Assembly (NCBI GenBank): GCA_964534375.1
Contig: CAZHPN010000038.1
Span: forward strand, 1-38,576
From: an uncultured bacterium
Lineage (GTDB): Bacteria > Lernaellota > Lernaellaia > Lernaellales > Lernaellaceae
Reading direction: 5' to 3'
Length of the DNA stretch: 38,576 nt
Under the pieces are notes generated by a model, which had not been told where the DNA came from, made no database searches, and was given only the letters and a program-made list of their open reading frames with translations. Of this stretch, positions 9,903 through 18,751 are shown piece by piece (position 1 is the stretch's first letter; each line of letters opens with the position of its first letter). A program made the translations under genes and the position numbers.

Positions 9903-10279
9903 TGCGCCACCACCGTTTGAGCGGAGATTTGGAAGTTTTTGCGATCCGTCACCACCACCACCACCGTGCGCAGATTGTCGGCGGCGTTAGGCGTGACGGT
10001 TGTCACCATCTTGTAATCCGGAAAATTGGGGATCGTGCCATAGTTCTGGGTGGTCGAAACCACGGAGTCATACGCTTCGAGCCGGAGCTGTTCGAGCGTC
10101 GCATTGGCCAGGGTGGTCATGTTCGTGATCGACTGCGAGATGTCCTGGCGGTTGGCGACCGTGCTCAACGTGCCGCCCAGGGCCAGCAAGCCGATCGTCA
10201 AGAGGAAAATTGCCGCCACGACTTCCACGAGGGTAAATCCGTCGTCGCGCCGCCGGCGCGTGGTGCATGCTAATACCAT
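9899..10279 (-). CDS. PilV/GspI-like minor pilin (copy B)
   Basis: G|FTLVEVVAAIFLLTIGLLAL; ATGA overlap with the downstream gene; start taken at ATG 10279. Confidence 0.82.
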   Translation of the reverse strand: MVLACTTRRRRDDGFTLVEVVAAIFLLTIGLLALGGTLSTVANRQDISQSITNMTTLANATLEQLRLEAYDSVVSTTQNYGTIPNFPDYKMVTTVTPNAADNLRTVVVVVTDRKNFQISAQTVVAQ

Positions 10280-10869
10280 CTCACCCACCCCGACGTCGGC
10301 GTATCGTTGGCGAACTTCCAGGTCTGGATCACGCCCGTGGCCAGCACGGAGACCGCGCGCCCGAGCATCGGCCGCGGATCGGAGGAGGCGCCCATGTAGA
10401 TCACGCCGCTGTTGGTGGCGGAGCCGTTGGCGTGGAACGTGACGGAAATCGGATTGTTCGTGGCGCCCATCACGACCGGCGCGGTGACGGTGTGGCCGTC
10501 GATGCCGAACGACGCCACCAGGCGAAACGACGCGCCGCCGCCGTAGTTGGCCAACGATCGCGCCCGAATCAATTCGTTCAGGTCCGGGCCGTTGTTGTCG
10601 ACGTCATTGTAGGTCGACAATACGCCGTGCACCGTGTCGAACGTGACCACCACGTCGTTGCCGAATTTCACCGACTCCGACCGGGCTTGGCGCAAGTCGT
10701 CCGCCATCGCCTGGGCGACATGATTGACCTGTTGCTCGGGAGTGTACTGCTGAGCGATGGGGATGATCGCGATGGTGGACAAGACGACTCCCAGCGCGAT
10801 CGCCAGTTCAAGAATCGAGAAACCGCGTTGGTCCGCTCGCAATACGCGCAAGGCTCTCTTTTTCGACAT
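10270..10869 (-). CDS. FimT/GspH-like minor pilin (copy B)
   Basis: QRG|FSILELAI; DLRQARSESVK...VVVTF; VTFHANGS; RBS GGAGG before the ATG at 10869. Confidence 0.85.
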   Translation of the reverse strand: MSKKRALRVLRADQRGFSILELAIALGVVLSTIAIIPIAQQYTPEQQVNHVAQAMADDLRQARSESVKFGNDVVVTFDTVHGVLSTYNDVDNNGPDLNELIRARSLANYGGGASFRLVASFGIDGHTVTAPVVMGATNNPISVTFHANGSATNSGVIYMGASSDPRPMLGRAVSVLATGVIQTWKFANDTPTSGWVRWY

Positions 10870-10949
10870 GGCATCCTCCACTGACCGGCAACAAGCTTGC
10901 TTGTCGCGGCCAGGACGTTATCGTACCGAGTGTTCCCTTTCGGAAAGCT

Positions 10950-10962
10950 CAACTAACTGATT
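10950..10962 (-). promoter_or_regulatory. IHF-consensus site
   Basis: AATCAGTTAGTTG matches WATCARNNNNTTR. Confidence 0.45.
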
Positions 10963-11131
10963 TTCAATCTCGATTACAACCGAACACCCCGAACTTAAGC
11001 ACCGTTCGGCCAGAGAAGAACCGGGTAGGGTTTTTCGAAGAGCCTTTTGGGGCCGAAAATCGGTCTCGACGACGCTTGAATCCGCCAACGCCGGCGGTCC
11101 CGTGCGCGGCCGGCGGACGCGCCCGAATCGA

Positions 11132-11144
11132 TAACTAGCTGATA
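11132..11144 (-). promoter_or_regulatory. IHF-consensus site
   Basis: TATCAGCTAGTTA matches WATCARNNNNTTR. Confidence 0.45.
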
Positions 11145-11271
11145 TTTATTGGATTTCCTTGGATCGCAGCGGCGTTTGAAGAAGTAGCGGCGGCGCTACC
11201 CTTGTTCCCGGTCCGACTCACGGGCCGGAGGCGGCGCTTTGTAAGGAATACGGAAGTGGCGCCGCCTGCTC

Positions 11272-12402
11272 TTACTGATCCTGGGCCCAACTGAGTATGT
11301 GCGCTGGGTCGGAAAGCACGCTGTAGGCCGACGAATACGTGAACCAGAAGTTCGGGTCGGAATTATTTGTGAACTCACTCGGGTTTTCGATGTCAATCGA
11401 GCCGAAGGCCGTGACAATGCCGGTGAACTGGATCTTGCCATGCAACTCGTAGTTGCCTTGCGTGTACACGAGGCCGTTGAGCGAACTCTGTGCGTTCGTG
11501 TCGAAGTTCAGCAGGCAGTCGCCCTGCGAAATCATCGAGACCGTCGCGCCACTGCTGACGAATCCGCCTTCGCCGACGATGCTGCCGGTCGCCACGATCG
11601 TCCCGATGCCGCTCAGCGACCCGTTGAGGGTCACGTTGCCGTCGACGAAAATGGTGCGCTGGCCGGACGGACCGGGCGTAATCGTGCTGAAGTCGAGGTC
11701 GTTGAACGTGACGTTCGTGTCCTGACTGTCGAAAATACCGTCGTTGTCGTAATACGCGCTCGGGGCGGCTTGTTGGGCCAGACCCTGCCACTGGGACATG
11801 GTCATCGCGATCGCGCCCAGGTCCATGGCAGGTTTGTTCACCAGATTCACGGCGCTCAGGCCGCTGCCGCTCAGAGTGCTGTTGGACGGAAGATAAAGGT
11901 TGATCGTCGGCGTACCCGGGTCCAGATCGAGGCTCGCGCTGCCGTTGACGCGGACGCCCTGAGACGAGATGCGCGGTTTGCCCGACATAATCAGGTTGCC
12001 GCCGCCATTGATTGCCGAGGTAAAAGCCGAATCGGTCGTAATGATCGCCTCGACGACCTTTTCCGCCAGGCCGACATGGCCGATCGCCACGGCGCGGACC
12101 ACCGTCCCGGACACCGCGGTGACTGTCGTGCTGGCGGTCGCGTTGTTCGTCAGGACCGGCGGCGTGACCGTGCCGGTGAACGCCGTGTTCTGGCGCAACG
12201 TCTGCAGCGCTCCCTGTAGGCCCGCTTCCGCCGCCCAGAATGCTTTGGCGCTGTCCCGGTAATTGCCGGCGACGCGCAGGTCGCCGACCACTACGGTCAA
12301 TGCCGCCACCCCGAGAACCGAAACGGCGCCCATGGCCAATAGCACGACAAGCATCACCATGCCGCGCTCGCCCGTACGCCGCGAAGTTTGTTTGGTTTTC
12401 AT
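11272..12402 (-). CDS. PilX-like minor pilin (X2)
   Basis: ERG|MVMLVVLLAM, AFWAAEAGLQ; paralogue of X1, X3 and X4. Confidence 0.82.
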   Translation of the reverse strand: MKTKQTSRRTGERGMVMLVVLLAMGAVSVLGVAALTVVVGDLRVAGNYRDSAKAFWAAEAGLQGALQTLRQNTAFTGTVTPPVLTNNATASTTVTAVSGTVVRAVAIGHVGLAEKVVEAIITTDSAFTSAINGGGNLIMSGKPRISSQGVRVNGSASLDLDPGTPTINLYLPSNSTLSGSGLSAVNLVNKPAMDLGAIAMTMSQWQGLAQQAAPSAYYDNDGIFDSQDTNVTFNDLDFSTITPGPSGQRTIFVDGNVTLNGSLSGIGTIVATGSIVGEGGFVSSGATVSMISQGDCLLNFDTNAQSSLNGLVYTQGNYELHGKIQFTGIVTAFGSIDIENPSEFTNNSDPNFWFTYSSAYSVLSDPAHILSWAQDQ

Positions 12403-12441
12403 GATTCGCCTCTCTTTCCAGACCCTTCACATCATGTGCAT

Positions 12442-12458
12442 AGCAAAAGCCGCGCCAA
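12442..12458 (-). promoter_or_regulatory. Sigma54 (-24/-12) promoter for X2
   Basis: TTGGCGCGGCTTTTGCT has GG-N10-GC with the TGGC/TTGC consensus, 40 nt upstream of the ATG. Confidence 0.75.
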
Positions 12459-12700
12459 CCTCGGGATGCTGCAATATGGCGCACCTACCGTCGCGCGCCG
12501 CGGTTTGATCGGCCAAAAAGTAACGGGTTGTTTCCAGATGAAAAGGCGCCAGACAGTTCTCGAGTTCGGGAGAAGGTCCGGTCATGAGCGGCGAAGCATT
12601 GAGCCGCGCAAAGGGACTTGATTGCCGCCGCACGTCTGGCCGTGCCTCTCTGCCGCTATTCAGGAGTTTCCTGTTTTCGCCGGAAGGCTTCGCCTCGGTT

Positions 12701-12730
12701 CAATCCGCAATCCGCAATCCGCAATCCGCG
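12701..12730. repeat. Heptamer tandem repeat (CAATCCG)4
   Basis: Seen directly; the same unit recurs at 17852-17883. Confidence 0.9.
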
Positions 12731-12768
12731 AATTTGGTTGTGGCTTTGCCGCGTTGCGTACGCGCCGG

Positions 12769-13899
12769 TTATTGGTCTTGCGCCCAACTGAGAACATGTG
12801 CCGGTTCGGAGAGCACGCTATACGCCGAGGAGTAGGTGTACCAGAAGTTCGGGTCGGAATTATTCGTGAATTGGCTGGGATTCTGGACGTCGATCGAGCC
12901 GAAGCAGGTGACGACGCCGGTGAACATGATCTTGCCGTGCAACTCGTAATTGCCCTGGGCATACACGAGGCCGTTCAGCGAGCTTTGTGCGTTGGTGTCG
13001 AAGTTGAGCAGGACATCGCTCTGGGACACCATCGAGACGGTGGCGCCGCTGCTGACGAATCCGCCTTCGCCGATGATGCTGCCGGTGGCGATGATCGTGC
13101 CGATGCCGCTGAGCGAACCGTTGAGCGTCACGTTGCCGTCGACGAAGATCGTGCGCTGGCCGGAGGGGCCGACCGGAATTGTGCTGAAATCCAGATTGTT
13201 GAACGTAACATTCGTATCCAAGCTGCCGAAAATGCCATCCGTGTCGTAGTAGGCGCTGGGCGCGGCCTGCTGGGCGAGGCCCAGCCACTGGGCCTGCGTC
13301 ATGGCGATCGCCCCGAGGTCCATGGGCGCCGAATTGACGCGGTTCACCGCGTTGTTGCCAGTGACGGTGAGGGTGCTGGAAGGCGGCATGTACATGTTGA
13401 TCGTCGGCGTCCCGGGGTCGAGATCGAGATTCCCGCTGCCATTGACGCGCACGCCTTGCGAGGAAATACGCGGCTTGCCCGACATCGTAATGTTGCCGCC
13501 GCCGTTGAGCGCCGCGGTATAGGCCGAATCGGTCGAAACGACCGCCTCGACGACCTTCTCCGCCTGCCCCTTGCGGCCGGTGGCGACGACGCGGACGAGC
13601 GAGCCCGACAATACCGTCACGGTCGTCACGTTCGTTGTGTTGTTCGTCAACGTCGGCGGCGTGACCGTGCCGGTGAACGCGCTGTTCTGCCGCAGCGTCT
13701 GCAACCCCTGCTGCAACCCGGCCTCGGCGGCCCAGAACGCCGCCGCGCTATCGCGGTAATTGCCGGCGACGCGGATGTCGCCGACGACGACGGTCAGCGC
13801 GGCCATGCCCAGCACCGACACGGCGGCCATCATCATCAGCACGATCAACATCACCATGCCGCGTTGGTCTGCCGCCCACGTGATCTTGTTTTTTTTCAT
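12769..13899 (-). CDS. PilX-like minor pilin (X1)
   Basis: QRG|MVMLIVLMMM, AFWAAEAGLQ; starts 18 nt after the stop of giant pilin A. Confidence 0.82.
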   Translation of the reverse strand: MKKNKITWAADQRGMVMLIVLMMMAAVSVLGMAALTVVVGDIRVAGNYRDSAAAFWAAEAGLQQGLQTLRQNSAFTGTVTPPTLTNNTTNVTTVTVLSGSLVRVVATGRKGQAEKVVEAVVSTDSAYTAALNGGGNITMSGKPRISSQGVRVNGSGNLDLDPGTPTINMYMPPSSTLTVTGNNAVNRVNSAPMDLGAIAMTQAQWLGLAQQAAPSAYYDTDGIFGSLDTNVTFNNLDFSTIPVGPSGQRTIFVDGNVTLNGSLSGIGTIIATGSIIGEGGFVSSGATVSMVSQSDVLLNFDTNAQSSLNGLVYAQGNYELHGKIMFTGVVTCFGSIDVQNPSQFTNNSDPNFWYTYSSAYSVLSEPAHVLSWAQDQ

Positions 13900-13917
13900 G
13901 GCCAACTCGTTATTTTC

Positions 13918-16900
13918 TTATGGGCACGTTCCCGAACCCGCTCCGGCGATATGGCCCGAACAGTTTTGCGATTCGTTGCCCGATAGATCGAGCGCCGTAA
14001 TGTAGTAGTCGTAACAGTTCTTGTTGGTTTGCGAGCAGGTCGTGTCGGAATACGACGTTCCGGACACGTTCGTGGCGATCTTGCTGAACGTGCCGCCCTT
14101 GACCGTTCGATAAATGTTGTAGCCCGAAATGTCCGGCTCGGAGTTGGCGGTCCACGTCAAGTTGATCGTCGAGTTGCCGCTGCCTTTCGTCGCGGTCAGG
14201 CCGGTCGGGCACGCCGGCGGCGTCGTATTCGCAATGTAGTCGTAACAATATGCGCCCGTCGCCGGGGTGCGGCCGGTATTGGCGGCGTTGTCGACCGCCC
14301 CGAAATACAGCCAGACCCGAGCGCCGTGGTTGTAAGGGATCGTCCCGGCCCAGTCGACGTTCGTCGAGTTGTACGTCAGCGCCAGCGAAGCGTAGCCCGA
14401 GGTCGGCGCCACGGTTTGAAATTTCGAGTCGACGTAGTAATAGGCGGTCGAACTGGCGATGCCCTTGCCGCTCTGATCGGTGACGACGACGTGGGTGGGC
14501 ACCGGGTAGTAGTTCTTCACCTGGATCGCGGCCTCCACCGTCGAGCACAGCGTGTCCAGCGCCGGCTGGTCCTGCTCCGCCAGCGTCAACAGCGGCGCCC
14601 CCTGGAACGTGACGTTCGCCTGGGCGCTGGAGCAAGTGTTGCCGGTCGTGCCGGCTTTCTGGTAACCGGCGACCAACGTCAACTGCATGCCGTAGATGTC
14701 CACGTTGTCGGGAGATGAATTGTGCCAAAGCGTGGCCCCGGAACTGTAGGTGTGCGTCAGATTGTTCGTCAGGGTGATCTGGCTGCCCGTGATGCTGCCG
14801 ATCACGTTCGAATCGGACGTGGTTCCGTTGGTGAGATAGATCGCGTCGCCGACCAGGAAACCCGTGGTCGACGCAACCTGCAAAACCTTTTGCCCCGACG
14901 CCGCCGAGGAGGTCAACGTCGTCGAAACCTGGGTGAATGTCAGGCGAATCGTGTCCTTTCCGCTGGCGGGAATCGACGGCTGGCTGCCGGCCGGGATGGC
15001 GATCACCGTGCCCGACGCGGCTGGCGCGCCGGAGTAGGTCCAGATGACGGTCCCGGTCGGAATTTCCACCGTTTTAAGCCGCGCCTGCACGGTGTTCCAG
15101 GTGAATGTAAAGTTCTGGATGACCGAAGCGTCGCCGCTGGCGTCGTTGCCCAAACCGAACGAGCCCTGATTGTTATACGTGCCGCCGACGGTCGGCGTCA
15201 CGGTTTGGTCGACGTAAAAGCCGCCGTCGTGAATCGTCACGGTTACAGATGCGACGGCCGTTTGGCCCGTCATCGAGTCGGTGGCCTCCGCGCTGAGCGT
15301 GTACAGGGCGTCGCACCACTGGGTCACGCTGCCGGCCGAACACGGGTTCGAACTGCCGCCGAAGCCGCAATATTGGATGGCCGTTGGCGTTACCGGGAAC
15401 TGGCCCGTGCCGGGGTCGGGCGTCACCCACATCTTGACGCTGGAAATGCCCTTGCCGTTGTCGGTCGACATGTTCGGCGGGTTGGAAACGGCCGGAGAAT
15501 CGGGGGCGTAGGCGCAGGCCTCGAAAACCAACTGGCCGTTGGTGACCGTCGAGCCAGTGGTCGGCGACGAAATCTGAACCACCGGCGGCGTGGCGCCCGG
15601 CGTCGCGTAGGCGTTGGCCGCGGCGGAATAGAGCAGACACTTGTTGTAAGCAAAAATGCTGAAGAAATACTTCGTCCCGTTGGTCAGGCCGGTGGCGGTC
15701 GTCGTCATCGCCTGGTTGGGCGAACCCGCGAGATTGGCGACCAGCGTGCCGGAGGTGGTCGACGTTGGGTAACCGGTCGTGCTCGAGCGGATCATCACGC
15801 CGGCAAAATCGCTGTCCGGCGAATTCGTCCAGTACAGGTCGACCGCCTGGTATCGCGCGGAGGCGGTGAACAGCGTCGGCACGGCAGGGCCCGTCGCGGG
15901 CGACTTGGTCGCGGTGGTGTTGGTGACGCCGTTGTTCGGTTGATCGGGGCCCGTGCCCTGGCCGTTGCCGTAGATTTCGTTGGACGGCGGGCCTTCGTTG
16001 GCGCAGTCGACCGCGGTGATGACGTAATGGTACTCGGTGCACGGCACGACGGTGGTGTCCGTGAAGGTCGTCGTGCCCTCCGTCAGGGTCGTTTCGTTCG
16101 CGACCTGGTTGGCCTGCGTCACCGTGACCGGCGAGGCCGTCGTGCGGTACACGCGGAAGCCGCGGATGTCGGGGGTGTTCGGCGGCGGCGTCCAGGTGAG
16201 CGTGACCGTGCCCGGGCCGGCCGTGGCGTCGCCGCTGGGCGCGCCGGGCGGATTCTGGTCGACGATCGTGATGCTGATTTCGCTCGATTTCGCGGATTCG
16301 TTGAAGCTGGTGTCATAGGCCGTGACGGCGACGTAGTAGGTTTGGTTGTTGTTCAGCCGGACATCCTGCACTGTCGCCGAAGTCACGTCAGGCGGTGAAA
16401 TATTGTCCGGCGGCGAAAGATACGTGCCGGTGCCCGTGCCGTAATACACGTGGTAGCCGGCCAGGTCGGTCAACGGCGAGCCGTCGCACGCGTTGGTCGT
16501 CGGCGGCGTCCAACGGATGCCGAACTGGCCGCAGGTGTTGTCCTGCGTGACCTGTAGATTGGTGGGCGGATTCGGCGCGCAGTTGGTGGTTGTGTACGGA
16601 CGGTTGCCCATGTTGCGCAATTCGATCCAGTGCGTGTAATTCGGCGCCGAGTTTGCCGCCACGCCGCCGGCTTGCAAGCGCAATTCGATGCTGCGGATCG
16701 CCGCGCACTGCGTCGAGTTCAGGCCGTTGACCGGGTCGGGCGTCATTTCCGTGTTCGTCTGGTCGAAATAATGAAATTCCAGATTCGTGAGCCGGTCGCT
16801 GAGCGTAACGCCGTTGCGCGTGAGCACGCCCGACGGAAACGCCACCGAGTAGGTCACGGTCTGGATGGTGCGCACGAGCGTCTGGCCCGCCGTATAGGAA

Positions 16901-17394
16901 TTTTGCAGCGGGGTGTTCAAATGCAACGTGGGGGGATTGGTCGTGTAGTCGACGAGCGTGCCGCTTTGCGCGACCTGGTCCATTTCCACATTCCCGCTGC
17001 CGCCGTTGAGAAACACGTAATCGGTGGCGCCGATGACCGTGTGGCCGGACGTGAGCGGCAGTTGGATGCTCGTTGCGCCGGCCGAGGCGTTCGCCGACAG
17101 CATCTGCACGACGTTCGACTGGAGGTCGCCGGAGAACTGCACGGAATAGAGCTTGGCCTGCGTGAACGTCGCCTGGCCGATAACGCCGAAGCCGGCCATG
17201 CGCAACTCGCGGCTCAATTGTTCGAGCGTCGCGCGGGACGATTGCCCGGCGGACGAAATGTGGGTGATGTTCGCCAGCCCGCGATGCTGGCTCAAGAACA
17301 CGTAGCACGCCCCGCCGATCAACAACATCGTCAAGGCGAGCGTGACCACCAGTTCGATCAACGTAAAGCCGCGTTGTCCGCCAAGTTTTTTCAT
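13918..17394 (-). CDS. Giant PilW-like prepilin fused to FN3/Ig-like domains (copy A), 1158 aa
   Basis: True start is MKKLGGQRG|FTLIELVV at 17394 (ATGA overlap); colinear with copy B along its whole length. Confidence 0.85.
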   Translation of the reverse strand: MKKLGGQRGFTLIELVVTLALTMLLIGGACYVFLSQHRGLANITHISSAGQSSRATLEQLSRELRMAGFGVIGQATFTQAKLYSVQFSGDLQSNVVQMLSANASAGATSIQLPLTSGHTVIGATDYVFLNGGSGNVEMDQVAQSGTLVDYTTNPPTLHLNTPLQNSYTAGQTLVRTIQTVTYSVAFPSGVLTRNGVTLSDRLTNLEFHYFDQTNTEMTPDPVNGLNSTQCAAIRSIELRLQAGGVAANSAPNYTHWIELRNMGNRPYTTTNCAPNPPTNLQVTQDNTCGQFGIRWTPPTTNACDGSPLTDLAGYHVYYGTGTGTYLSPPDNISPPDVTSATVQDVRLNNNQTYYVAVTAYDTSFNESAKSSEISITIVDQNPPGAPSGDATAGPGTVTLTWTPPPNTPDIRGFRVYRTTASPVTVTQANQVANETTLTEGTTTFTDTTVVPCTEYHYVITAVDCANEGPPSNEIYGNGQGTGPDQPNNGVTNTTATKSPATGPAVPTLFTASARYQAVDLYWTNSPDSDFAGVMIRSSTTGYPTSTTSGTLVANLAGSPNQAMTTTATGLTNGTKYFFSIFAYNKCLLYSAAANAYATPGATPPVVQISSPTTGSTVTNGQLVFEACAYAPDSPAVSNPPNMSTDNGKGISSVKMWVTPDPGTGQFPVTPTAIQYCGFGGSSNPCSAGSVTQWCDALYTLSAEATDSMTGQTAVASVTVTIHDGGFYVDQTVTPTVGGTYNNQGSFGLGNDASGDASVIQNFTFTWNTVQARLKTVEIPTGTVIWTYSGAPAASGTVIAIPAGSQPSIPASGKDTIRLTFTQVSTTLTSSAASGQKVLQVASTTGFLVGDAIYLTNGTTSDSNVIGSITGSQITLTNNLTHTYSSGATLWHNSSPDNVDIYGMQLTLVAGYQKAGTTGNTCSSAQANVTFQGAPLLTLAEQDQPALDTLCSTVEAAIQVKNYYPVPTHVVVTDQSGKGIASSTAYYYVDSKFQTVAPTSGYASLALTYNSTNVDWAGTIPYNHGARVWLYFGAVDNAANTGRTPATGAYCYDYIANTTPPACPTGLTATKGSGNSTINLTWTANSEPDISGYNIYRTVKGGTFSKIATNVSGTSYSDTTCSQTNKNCYDYYITALDLSGNESQNCSGHIAGAGSGTCP

Positions 17395-17891
17395 TGCGCC
17401 ACCACCGTCTGCAGTGACACCTGGAACCCCGATTGATCGGTCACGAGCACCTGGATAGTCACGGCCGAGTCGTCGCTGTTGGGCGTGACGATCACCTGTT
17501 CTTTGTACCGCGGAAAACCTGGAATCTGGCCGAAGTTCTGGGTCGAGGAAACGATCGACGTGAACGAATCGAGCTTGATCTGTTCGAGCGTGGCGTTGGC
17601 CAGCGTCGTCATGTTCGTAATCGATTGCGAAAACGTCTGGCGTTTCGCGGCGGTGGACATCGACGCCGCCAGACTCAGCAAGCCGATCGTCAGCAGAAAG
17701 ATTCCGACGACGACTTCGACCAGCGTGAAGCCGTCGGCGCGCCGAGGTCCGGGGCTCGGGATTCGGGATTCGGGATTCGGGTTCCCGCCTTCGCCAAGGC
17801 TTCGGCGGACAGGGCGGGTTCCGGGTTCCGGGTCCCGGGTTCGGAAACCCACAATCCGCAATCCGCAATCCGCAATCCGCAATGGGCTCAT
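17391..17891 (-). CDS. PilV/GspI-like minor pilin (copy A) with a repeat-expanded leader
   Basis: G|FTLVEVVVGIFLLTIGLL; ATG 17891 overlaps the upstream stop (ATGA); 54-aa leader versus 14 aa in copy B. Confidence 0.8.
   Translation of the reverse strand: MSPLRIADCGLRIVGFRTRDPEPGTRPVRRSLGEGGNPNPESRIPSPGPRRADGFTLVEVVVGIFLLTIGLLSLAASMSTAAKRQTFSQSITNMTTLANATLEQIKLDSFTSIVSSTQNFGQIPGFPRYKEQVIVTPNSDDSAVTIQVLVTDQSGFQVSLQTVVAQ
17754..17883. repeat. Composite repeat: (GGGATTC)n + REP-like palindrome + (CCGGGTT)n + (CAATCCG)4
   Basis: Seen directly within the pilin leader coding sequence. Confidence 0.85.
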
Positions 17892-18484
17892 ATCCAGCGA
17901 ATCCATGGCCCCGGACTCCCGTACGCGTGGTACTTCCAGGTTTGAATGGTTCCCGTTCCCAGGATCGAGATCGCGCGTCCCAACAGCAGGCTGCCGTTGC
18001 GTTTGTGCGTTAGGTAGATGACGCCGGAATTCGTCGCCGAGCCGTTGGCGTGGAACGTGACGGTGAACGGGTTGACGGTCGCGCCCATGACGACCGGGGC
18101 GGCGATCTGCGCGCCGTCGATGCCGGTGGTGACGACACTCCCGAAAGCTCCGACGCCGTAGTTGCTCAAGACGTTGGAACGGATCAATTCGGAGAGAAAG
18201 GGTCCGTTATTGGTTACGTCGTTGTACACCTTCACCACGCCGGCGATCACATCGATGGTGACGATCACGTCGTTGCCGTATTTCACCGACTGCGACCGCG
18301 CCTGCCGCAGGTCGTCGGCCATCGCGGCGGTGGCCTTGTTGATTTCCGATTCCGGCGAGTAGTCGCGCGCAAACGGAATGATGATGACGACGAACGCCAC
18401 CACCGCCATCGCTACTACGACCTCAAGGATGGAGAAACCCGCGTTTCCGCGCCAACCGATCAATTTTGTTTTCTCGACCGTCAT
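17888..18484 (-). CDS. FimT/GspH-like minor pilin (copy A)
   Basis: AG|FSILEVVV; DLRQARSQSVK; VTFHANGSATNSGVIY identical to copy B. Confidence 0.85.
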   Translation of the reverse strand: MTVEKTKLIGWRGNAGFSILEVVVAMAVVAFVVIIIPFARDYSPESEINKATAAMADDLRQARSQSVKYGNDVIVTIDVIAGVVKVYNDVTNNGPFLSELIRSNVLSNYGVGAFGSVVTTGIDGAQIAAPVVMGATVNPFTVTFHANGSATNSGVIYLTHKRNGSLLLGRAISILGTGTIQTWKYHAYGSPGPWIRWI

Positions 18485-18519
18485 ACCACGCCCTGTTGCC
18501 CCCGCCCCGGATTGGTCAG

Positions 18520-18536
18520 TGCAATAAGGGCGCCGG
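18520..18536 (-). promoter_or_regulatory. Sigma54 promoter for pilin cassette A
   Basis: CCGGCGCCCTTATTGCA has GG-N10-GC, ~36 nt upstream of the ATG. Confidence 0.6.
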
Positions 18537-18751
18537 AATCCGGTCCGTGAATTCCGGTCGTTTTCTTCGCGTCCCGTCCCGCGGCACGCCCGCTCACATT
18601 ACAAAAAGTCACGCGGCATTACAAATCGTACGATTCTTCGCGCTGGGAATTTCCCGGCGTTGCGTCCGCCGTCCCGGGCTCCCGATTGCCTGCCGCGAAT
18701 CCCGACTTATCTTCAGAAAAAACAACCGACCATCTACCGGGAGATATTCTC

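Noticed and set aside
6846..9920. Long antisense or alternate-frame ORFs (e.g. 6846-9920 +, 25903-28632 +, 28802-31438 +, 22835-24868 -, 37260-38501 -)
   Set aside because: These are Arg/Gly/Ala-rich shadow ORFs, typical of high-GC DNA lying opposite well-supported genes.
10895..10915. Sigma54 promoter upstream of FimT-B
   Set aside because: The best match has GG-N9-GC spacing rather than the required N10.
17395..17868. 158-aa N-terminal extension of the giant pilin in the ORF track (1316 aa)
   Set aside because: It overlaps the pilV-like gene in another frame. The prepilin motif, the ATGA coupling and the paralogue all place the start at 17394.
3627..18484. Shufflon or silent-cassette antigenic variation of pilins
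   Set aside because: There is no recombinase and no inverted recombination sites. All copies are full length, on the same strand and have their own starts.
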